IMG/VR virus record: IMGVR_UViG_3300005690_000022
Coordinates: 1,653-65,652 of that record
DNA: 64,000 nucleotides
Strand: one strand, 5' to 3'
Source of the DNA: a virus
The notes under the pieces are model-generated. The model was not told the origin of the DNA, ran no database searches, and was given only the letters and a program-made list of their open reading frames with translations. The stretch's first letter is position 1. Each line of letters begins with the position of its first letter. The translations under genes and the position numbers were made by a program. Positions 57,280 through 64,000 of the stretch are shown here, piece by piece.

Positions 57280-57729
57280 ATGTCGAAAATGCTAAATCTT
57301 GCGAGCGAAACGGCTCGGCACAACGAAACGATGGTCAATCTCGCGAGAGATATCGAGCAGAAATGCAAGGTTTTCCTGGGAGGAAAGGTTCAGTCCTTCG
57401 TCGATTTCGGGACGGTTTTCGTAGGTCCAGATTGCCAAACGGCGCTTTCCAAGCCTTTTTGGGAAGGTGTCTGTGACATTCAACCGACCGACATTGTTTG
57501 GACTGCTCCCCGCGAGTGGCGAATGCCGCAACTTTTGCGTGCCCTAGGAGCTTTCGCTTCGGCTGGTGAAGCTGCACGAAACGGCTGGAATTTTGACATT
57601 CCCGTCGGCTTCTCGCAACATGTTTTTCGTGTCAACAAAATTCGCGGTGTCTTGACTGTTGTCAAGGGTGCCTCTCCCGTCAACTGCGTCACAGACGTTT
57701 GCGCTCCTCCAATGCCTGGACATACTTGA
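57280..57729 (+). CDS. Hypothetical protein, possible S4-like RNA-binding C-terminus
   Basis: MPQLLRALGAFASAGEAARNG resembles the S4 motif; leaderless promoter. Confidence 0.5.
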   Translation: MSKMLNLASETARHNETMVNLARDIEQKCKVFLGGKVQSFVDFGTVFVGPDCQTALSKPFWEGVCDIQPTDIVWTAPREWRMPQLLRALGAFASAGEAARNGWNFDIPVGFSQHVFRVNKIRGVLTVVKGASPVNCVTDVCAPPMPGHT

Positions 57730-57734
57730 ACGTC

Positions 57735-58121
57735 ATGTTTGACGATCCAGAAGAAATTCACGTAGTCGAGCCTGGGACGCCAATTTATTTACGCCTTCCA
57801 TCAATACGTCTTTTTTCGTCAAAAAACTGGATATTTGACGACTTCGTGGCGGACATAACTCGTTCTAAATATACAGGGATGTATATTGGTGATGGTCCTT
57901 TGTATTTCCAAAACAAAGGACCATACCAGAAAATGTGGTCTAGATTAGAACATGTGGTATACACGAATCATAGCAAGATTCCACAAGAGTTGGACACCAA
58001 TCCAAGAGTTGAAGTAGTCTTTCGGCATAAAGAAGGTGCTCTTTTTCATGGTTGGACATATGTAGGAAACCTAACACTTGTGCCTCCTAATCCTAATAAA
58101 CAAGCAACTTCCAATGAGTGA
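57735..58121 (+). CDS. Hypothetical protein
   Basis: MFDDPEEIH start follows the previous stop. Confidence 0.55.
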   Translation: MFDDPEEIHVVEPGTPIYLRLPSIRLFSSKNWIFDDFVADITRSKYTGMYIGDGPLYFQNKGPYQKMWSRLEHVVYTNHSKIPQELDTNPRVEVVFRHKEGALFHGWTYVGNLTLVPPNPNKQATSNE

Positions 58122-58593
58122 AGACCTTCGAAAAGAAAATGCCCGGCTGAAAGCTGAGCTAGAATATCGTGACAATCATCACTTTGAATGGTTGCGAAGG
58201 AAAGCTGCGGCGTTTCATGCATATCATCGACCACGCGACTTTCCGCCTAAAGGTTGGGAAAGAAACGCAATTTGTGAACATGGAGAACCCGTTGTCTGTT
58301 GTGTTTGTGGAAAAGTTCTCTGTCACGAATGCCAGCAAAAGTATTTCAATACATTTCTAGATCATAATGCCAATTGGGCTTATGAATGCGGAAACTGTGA
58401 AGCTGACCGCAGAGCGAAGGCTATCAACGAGAAACTTGAGAGAAAAAGAGAAAAGGAAAGACTCCAAAAGGAGAAGTCAAAGTTTCGACAAGAGAAGTGG
58501 AAATCATTTTCTAAAAAATGCCTTTCATTCTTTCAAAGGGTGAAAAAACTTTTCAATCGAACTCCTAAGCTCGACAAACCAACGACTTTCTAA
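58114..58593 (+). CDS. Hypothetical Zn-finger protein
   Basis: CCVCGKVLCHEC..CGNC. Confidence 0.6.
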   Translation: MSEDLRKENARLKAELEYRDNHHFEWLRRKAAAFHAYHRPRDFPPKGWERNAICEHGEPVVCCVCGKVLCHECQQKYFNTFLDHNANWAYECGNCEADRRAKAINEKLERKREKERLQKEKSKFRQEKWKSFSKKCLSFFQRVKKLFNRTPKLDKPTTF

Positions 58594-58594
58594 A

Positions 58595-58852
58595 ATGTCT
58601 CTCGAAACAGGAACAATTCTCTTTCCAAGAAGAAAGGAATTGGCAACATTAGTTTTCTTCAATGAAAAGTACCAGTACCTAGATTGTACTCTATTCATTC
58701 TTCTTGTTGATTTGAATGATCAAGATTCCTCTTTCATTGGAAAGGGATCATTTTCTCCAGGACGCTTTGTCAGAGTTGCAGCTCTTTGTAAGAATGGTGC
58801 GATCATTGAGTGCGAGACGGACATTCGCTTCACAAAACTAGAAGAAGAATGA
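58595..58852 (+). CDS. Hypothetical protein
   Basis: Coupled ORF. Confidence 0.5.
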   Translation: MSLETGTILFPRRKELATLVFFNEKYQYLDCTLFILLVDLNDQDSSFIGKGSFSPGRFVRVAALCKNGAIIECETDIRFTKLEEE

Positions 58853-58894
58853 AATGTTGTTTGAAATTCTGACGAAATTGTCATAGAATAAAGT

Positions 58895-59590
58895 ATGAAA
58901 ATCGTCTGCATCAGTGACACTCATTGTCTTCATGATAAACTTTATCATCCAATTCCTATGGGTGATGTTCTCGTTCACGCAGGCGACTTTTCCCGTACAG
59001 GAACTCTTGAACAAATTGAACAATTTGCCAAATGGTTTGCAGCTCAACCTCACGAACATAAGCTCGTAATTTGCGGCAATCATGAAGCAGAGTTTTCTGG
59101 AAACACTAGGTATTACAAGTACCATCTTGAGAAGTACGATGGAAATGTTCAGTTCATTCATAACGAACTTGTGACCATTGATGGTCTGAATTTCTATGGC
59201 GAAAGCTATTCTCCAATTGCAGGAAGTTGGGGATGGGGCTATGAGCCTGGACCGGAGGCTCGTGACATTTGGGATCAACTTCCCGAAGAAACTGACGTTT
59301 TGATTACACATGGTCCGCCCTCAATGTATGGTGATGTTGGTCCGGATTATAAGAACAAGTACGTAAGCAGACTCGTTCATTATGGCTGTCCAGAACTCAC
59401 CACACGCCTTTCTGAGACGAAGACAAAATGGATTGTGTGTGGACACATTCATTACTCTTACGGGGTTTACAAAATGCCCTGGGGCTCTACTGTGGTCAAT
59501 GCAGCTATCTGTAACGAAAGTTACGAGCCAGGTCATAGACCGCTTGTCATCGATACTTATGAAAACACAGTGGGACTTGATGGATACTGA
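58895..59590 (+). CDS. Calcineurin-like metallophosphoesterase
   Basis: SDTH, HAGD, GNHE, THGPP, GHIH. Confidence 0.9.
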   Translation: MKIVCISDTHCLHDKLYHPIPMGDVLVHAGDFSRTGTLEQIEQFAKWFAAQPHEHKLVICGNHEAEFSGNTRYYKYHLEKYDGNVQFIHNELVTIDGLNFYGESYSPIAGSWGWGYEPGPEARDIWDQLPEETDVLITHGPPSMYGDVGPDYKNKYVSRLVHYGCPELTTRLSETKTKWIVCGHIHYSYGVYKMPWGSTVVNAAICNESYEPGHRPLVIDTYENTVGLDGY

Positions 59591-59643
59591 ATTTTGAATT
59601 ATGCCTTGAAATCTCTCCGAATTTGAGGCATAATTAAGAATAT

Positions 59644-59669
59644 GGAAGGGTGGGCAAATGGTTAGGCTC
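59644..59669 (+). pseudogene. 5' tRNA fragment (acceptor strand + D arm)
   Basis: GGAAGGG-TG-GGC-AAATGGTTAG-GCTC directly after a promoter, truncated by HNH. Confidence 0.5.
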
Positions 59670-60045
59670 TACGAGCGCAGGATTTGCAACGTTTTGCCCT
59701 TGATGTAATTTCTGATTTGCAATCAAGACAAAAATACTTTTGTCTTATGTGTTGGGTTTTAGCGTTCTTTTTACCGCAATAACTTTCTGTTTGAGAATGA
59801 CAGTTTGGACAAAGAATTCTGAAGTTTGAAACTTCATTGTTTTTTGGGTTTCCATCAATGTGATCAAGATGGAAACTAATGGGTTTACCAAACCAAAAAG
59901 GCAACATATTGCAAATTGAACATTTGTTTTCTAAAAGTTTGGTTTGGAGTAAATGTAATTTTACTCTATGGGTGTTAGGTAATCTAGAGTTAGAATATTT
60001 TTTTAGATATTCCAATAAACTTTCTTGAGAATGTTTGAATGACAT
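59662..60045 (-). CDS. HNH endonuclease
   Basis: CSIC..LDHIDGNPKNNEVSNFRILCPNCHSQT; likely start MSFKHSQE. Confidence 0.88.
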   Translation of the reverse strand: MSFKHSQESLLEYLKKYSNSRLPNTHRVKLHLLQTKLLENKCSICNMLPFWFGKPISFHLDHIDGNPKNNEVSNFRILCPNCHSQTESYCGKKNAKTQHIRQKYFCLDCKSEITSRAKRCKSCARRA

Positions 60046-60068
60046 ACGTATAAGTATACATGTATTTT

Positions 60069-60144
60069 CCGACATAACCCAACTGGTTGAGGGGACGGTC
60101 TTATAAGCCGTTAGAGATGGGTTCGATTCCCATATGTCGGACCA
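60069..60144 (+). tRNA. tRNA-Ile(TAT)
   Basis: ACGGT-CTTATAA-GCCGT, CCA. Confidence 0.82.
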
Positions 60145-60406
60145 ACACTAATATTAGTGAAAAGTGTGTTCAACATTGGGAGTGAAAGTTCACACAAAAT
60201 AAAACCCGAGGATCACGGGTACTGAACCTTTTGTGGGCGTTTCGTGCAAAAGGTTGTTGTCTCCCCTCCGCTAACTTTCTTGTAGCTTACCACTCAAGAC
60301 ACCAGGGAAAAGTTAGAACATTTGAAACGCAGTTTATTGCACTATCCTTTGTGAAAAGTGATAAACTTATCGAACTCATAAAGGAGTTCAAAACCCTGGT
60401 AACTAT

Positions 60407-60480
60407 GCAGGTATGGTATATTGGTATTACGCGACATTGCCAGTGCTGAGAGGTCGGTTCGATTCCGGCTACCTGTACCA
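60407..60480 (+). tRNA. tRNA-Gly(GCC)
   Basis: TTGCCAG loop, GCAGGTA/TACCTGT, CCA. Confidence 0.8.
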
Positions 60481-60507
60481 AATTTCTCTCAACTGAGAAA
60501 GGTTCAT

Positions 60508-60882
60508 ATGTTTTTCATTCCGGAACTTGGAACAAAAATTAAAAATCCTGATGATTGGACATTTTCAGTCATTGTTGATCACCGCAACATGTGTCTTTTT
60601 GAGGCAGAAAATGTTCCATTTCCAACAAAATGGACCAACCCTACATTTCAAAAACACGCATTCAACAAGACTTTTCCAAAAGATTCGATTTTTCAAATCG
60701 ATCGTATTTATGTTCGAAAGGGTGCGGAGGAATGGAGTTCTGTTTCTTTGTTTATTTTGGAGACTACAGACTCAAAGTTCTCAACTAAAAAAAGAGCACC
60801 ATTTTCAAAAGAAATGATCTTTGGAAGATTCTTTTGTCCATTAGATGATTTCAATCGCGGAAAGTTTGTGAAGGTATTATGA
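60508..60882 (+). CDS. Hypothetical protein
   Basis: MFFIPELGTKI..IDRIYVRKG. Confidence 0.65.
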   Translation: MFFIPELGTKIKNPDDWTFSVIVDHRNMCLFEAENVPFPTKWTNPTFQKHAFNKTFPKDSIFQIDRIYVRKGAEEWSSVSLFILETTDSKFSTKKRAPFSKEMIFGRFFCPLDDFNRGKFVKVL

Positions 60883-61490
60883 GTTGGACTTTTGCTTTTG
60901 CCTTAGCTCTGATAACTTACTTCATCACAGGATTTTTCTGTGCATGGGTTGCTAGGACTTACCTAAAAAGAGATTGGAAGAATACGATCAAAACCGTCTT
61001 TACATGGTTCTTTGAACTTATCTCGCCAAGGGATTGATGACGTTTTGAAAGGTCAACACCAATGACAACAAACAACAATGAAAATGGCGGATATCGTACG
61101 CCATCGAAGCCACCAAAAATGAAATCAAATGGAAGTTTGATCCACTTCGAGTATTTCGCACGATCCTTTTTGTTTGGATGGCTCTTGTTGAGGAACTTTT
61201 TGAAAATTCGCATGTATCAATTTGGGGGTTTACTTTCTTTTTTGCTATTCCAATTTTGATTTTGATTTCTCTTGCAGTGTCACTTCTACTTGTTGGAAGT
61301 GTTTCCTTGTGGGGTTATCATATTCTTTTTTGGTATTCAATGCCATTTATTGGACTTTGGATTTACAAATCTTTGCACCTCGATAACCCACTCATTTGGG
61401 GAAAGTTCCAAGATTGGGTCAAAAAAAGAACTGAATGATTTTCCTTGAAATTTCGTCAGTTTCTTGCTATTGTTGATCATAACACAAAAT

Positions 61491-61565
61491 GCCTCTCTAG
61501 CTCAACGGTAGAGCTCCCGCCTCGTAAGCGGAAGGTTACGGGTTCAAATCCCGTGGGAGGCTCCA
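61491..61565 (+). tRNA. tRNA-Thr(CGT), second copy
   Basis: CCGC-CTCGTAA-GCGG, CCA. Confidence 0.9.
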
Positions 61566-61581
61566 ATTCAAAGGAAAGTAA

Positions 61582-61878
61582 ATGACTGACGATAACGATA
61601 CATTTCAATCTCCAACACCTCCTGACACTTCACGATTTATCGGAATGATACTTGCTCAAGTCAAACAAGAAATTTCTTGGGTTCGTGTTTATCAGGCAGG
61701 AAAGGTAAGGATGGTCTTGACTCGGGATTTCCATCCCGATCGCCTCAACGTCAAGCTTAGTGAAGATAGTTTGTCCTTCAAGGAAGAAACTAGAATTCAT
61801 AATGGCGTTGAATACAAGTACATTGTCGTAGACGGCTCCATGGACAACGGAGTTATTGTCGAAGCTCATTTTGGTTGA
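61582..61878 (+). CDS. Peptidase inhibitor I78-like protein
   Basis: FIGM..RV..LTRDFHPDRLNV..VIVEAHFG. Confidence 0.55.
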   Translation: MTDDNDTFQSPTPPDTSRFIGMILAQVKQEISWVRVYQAGKVRMVLTRDFHPDRLNVKLSEDSLSFKEETRIHNGVEYKYIVVDGSMDNGVIVEAHFG

Positions 61879-61880
61879 TT

Positions 61881-62300
61881 ATGCTTTCCTATACAAGATG
61901 CAATCATTGCAATGAAGTCGTTCCCGAGCTTGAAGAGCAAATGAAAGGAAACTTCTTCCTTTATTGTTCAGCAAAGTGTCGTGATGTAAAAGAAGAAGAA
62001 CGAAGACAGAAACGTATTCATGAAATGAAGACCCACCATCCGTGGGATCGCATGACTAAGGAAGAGCAAGAAAAACTCAAGGAATCTTGGGGGATTGCTG
62101 GTCCTGTTGTTTGGAATTCAGCAACGTTCGCGGCGGCTGGACGAGAGAACCTTCAAGAAGTTGAAGAGACTCAGGCGGATGGAACTGTTCAAAAAGTTTC
62201 TAAAGTTGTGAAGAAAGAAAAGGCAGAAAGAAAGTGCGGCAAGTGTGGAGAAAGTGGACACAACGCACGAACCTGTTCTGGAAAAGGAAAGAAGAAATGA
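61881..62300 (+). CDS. Zn-knuckle protein
   Basis: CGKCGESGHNARTC (CCHC). Confidence 0.7.
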   Translation: MLSYTRCNHCNEVVPELEEQMKGNFFLYCSAKCRDVKEEERRQKRIHEMKTHHPWDRMTKEEQEKLKESWGIAGPVVWNSATFAAAGRENLQEVEETQADGTVQKVSKVVKKEKAERKCGKCGESGHNARTCSGKGKKK

Positions 62301-62515
62301 GTAAGAATCTTGAAATGCAGACTGTAATCTTTCAAAGAATGCTCCAAGTTTTCATTTTTATGACAGCAACGGCTCTTTGCATGTCGCTAGGCACCGATCT
62401 TGGATTGCTTACTTTTGCTGGCACTGCAAAAACAGCATTTTTTCTATCATTTTTCTACTTTGTAGTTCTTGTCTATATGTTCGTGTATTGCATGTTTGAT
62501 TCTAAAAAGTCATGA
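62297..62515 (+). CDS. Small membrane protein
   Basis: Two hydrophobic segments; ATGA overlaps. Confidence 0.55.
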   Translation: MSKNLEMQTVIFQRMLQVFIFMTATALCMSLGTDLGLLTFAGTAKTAFFLSFFYFVVLVYMFVYCMFDSKKS

Positions 62516-62838
62516 ATGACCTTGAAGACATAATCTACGAGCTTCATGAGGCTTTCGATGAAAAGCTTTTAGCCATTGAAGCCGAAGAAATTATGTTTCG
62601 ATTTCAAAAAGGCGAACTTATGGCATTTGATATTGAAAAAAACTTCACTGAACCAATGCGAAAGCACTGTGTTGCCCTTTACAAAGACAACCCGGAACAG
62701 CGTTGGTATTGGCTAAAACCAATAAGCAGAAAGTTGTCTTTCAAAGCCAAGCTTCTATTGAAGCTAAAAAGAATCGAAAGAAATTTCTTTTCAACCAAAG
62801 CGACTAAGCAAACTATTTTCAATGGTCCATATCGATGA
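62512..62838 (+). CDS. Hypothetical protein
   Basis: ATGA-coupled. Confidence 0.6.
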   Translation: MNDLEDIIYELHEAFDEKLLAIEAEEIMFRFQKGELMAFDIEKNFTEPMRKHCVALYKDNPEQRWYWLKPISRKLSFKAKLLLKLKRIERNFFSTKATKQTIFNGPYR

Positions 62839-63164
62839 ATGTATTTGAAACAAAAACACCAGAACAGAACCTTGAATTTCGTAAGAAACTTCGCTCGATC
62901 CTTATCAAGGTAGAAAATGGTGATGTGCGTGAAGCACAGACAGCCTACTTTAGGATAAAAGAACTTCTTGAAGAAGAAGGACTTGCAACTAATTGTTTTG
63001 TTGGTGAAGACATGAAAGAGGGTGACGATAAAACTGTTCGATGGTATGCTGGACAGTTTTTGGAAATCGTCGAAAAGAATTCATGGTATGCCATGAATAG
63101 CTACTTGAACTGTATGGATAGATTTTGTCCGAAGGTTTCTGGCAAATGGACAGTCACCAAATAA
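62835..63164 (+). CDS. Hypothetical protein
   Basis: ATGA-coupled. Confidence 0.6.
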   Translation: MNVFETKTPEQNLEFRKKLRSILIKVENGDVREAQTAYFRIKELLEEEGLATNCFVGEDMKEGDDKTVRWYAGQFLEIVEKNSWYAMNSYLNCMDRFCPKVSGKWTVTK

Positions 63165-63418
63165 GGACATGCATTGCTTGCGACGTCCCCATTTCGGGAC
63201 TTGACAGTGATGTGTGTCAAAATTGCTACAGGGACCCCGAAAGCAATAACTGTACCAATTGCGGGCACCATTTGTCCGGAATTTGCTACGAATACGTGTG
63301 CGGTCGCTGCCTAGAAAAGCAGTTGAAAAACTCAACGAAATCAAGCACTTAGAAAATCGACAGCTATTTCTTGAAAATCACCTCGTGCTATGGTAGTCTA
63401 TAAATACGAGGTGAATAG

Positions 63419-63715
63419 ATGGCAACTCTAAAGCGCCAGGTGCAGCGTTTCGCGAAGGAGCTTCGTCGGGACGGAATGGATTTCATGACCGCTCAGGTCG
63501 TTGCTCGAAGTGTCGTTCGCGGTGGTTTTGCCGTGGAGCTTGAGCAAAAGCTCAAGACGCACAACGTGCAGACCTATGTCTACACTGCCTGTCCGTGTTG
63601 CGGACCGGAGGAGTTTCAGGTCTTTCAGAACGGAAAGGTTTTCCGTTTCTCCTATTTCCGCCTTGGATACAAGGGTGCAGATCGAGACACCGTTTCGCAT
63701 CTGTACTTCAAGTGA
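63419..63715 (+). CDS. Hypothetical protein
   Basis: GAGGTG SD and TTGAAA promoter. Confidence 0.6.
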   Translation: MATLKRQVQRFAKELRRDGMDFMTAQVVARSVVRGGFAVELEQKLKTHNVQTYVYTACPCCGPEEFQVFQNGKVFRFSYFRLGYKGADRDTVSHLYFK

Positions 63716-63881
63716 TGAAAACGCACATTCCAAACCAAAAGAAACTTTGGAGGATCCGAAATCAGTATCGAGCGCATTCGCATCCTTTGGATTTTCCAAA
63801 CGCTTTTGGTATAGATGATGCCGTTCGAATTCGAACCCTGATTGGTCAGGGTTTGGTTTCCTTTTTCAAGTGGATAAAACA

Positions 63882-64000
63882 ATGACAATCTCAGTAAAAT
63901 ATCCACGAACCTATCACGTTCCTTGGTCGCCAGGGACGCAAAGTGATGATCGGTTTCTTTATGACCTTTCTCATTTTGTTGGTCAGGACGTGGTGGTAAC
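63882..64000 (+). CDS. RNA ligase family protein (partial, 5' end)
   Basis: MTISVKYPRTYHVPWSPGTQSDDR..FVGQDVVVT, the pattern that normally precedes the EKxDG adenylation motif (outside the window). Confidence 0.7.
   Translation, partial: MTISVKYPRTYHVPWSPGTQSDDRFLYDLSHFVGQDVVV

Noticed and set aside
50286..59669. Trans-splicing between orphan 5' and 3' tRNA halves
   Set aside because: Acceptor strands of the halves (TCGGGGT, GGAAGGG versus TTGATCC, CGCTCGT) are not complementary
1..64000. Stop-codon reassignment (amber recoding)
   Set aside because: Long genes are intact in the standard code and TAG terminates primase, the TnsA-like gene and 43148 cleanly

Overview
Segment of a large (jumbo-type) myovirus-like phage genome using the standard genetic code. 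1-32.7 kb is a + strand baseplate/tail structural module (gp25-like and gp6/J-like wedge proteins, LamG and FN3-like proteins). It is interrupted at 14.25-19.0 kb by a visibly more GC-rich, minus-strand island of small genes with their own sigma70-type promoters. 33-44.5 kb holds DNA-processing and packaging genes: TnsA/gp4-like nuclease, RuvC-like resolvase, primase, fused SbcD-SbcC, pyrimidine-dimer glycosylase, terminase large subunit, deaminase and nucleotidyltransferase. 44.5-61.6 kb is a very large tRNA array with about 34 canonical tRNAs covering 19 amino acids (no canonical Cys found), mixed with HNH genes overlapping tRNAs, tRNA halves, tRNA-like RNAs with enlarged arms, pseudoknots and a rod-like ncRNA. 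Small accessory genes and the start of an RNA ligase follow. Best candidate novel system: a ribosome-coupled attenuator heading the tRNA array, whose 29-codon leader uses 19 amino acids and 27 distinct codons, which may sense loss of almost any tRNA. Other candidates are the enlarged tRNA-like RNA family, tRNA-anchored HNH elements and a probable -1 frameshift fusing two nucleases. All calls were made by eye; no searches or folding programs were run.
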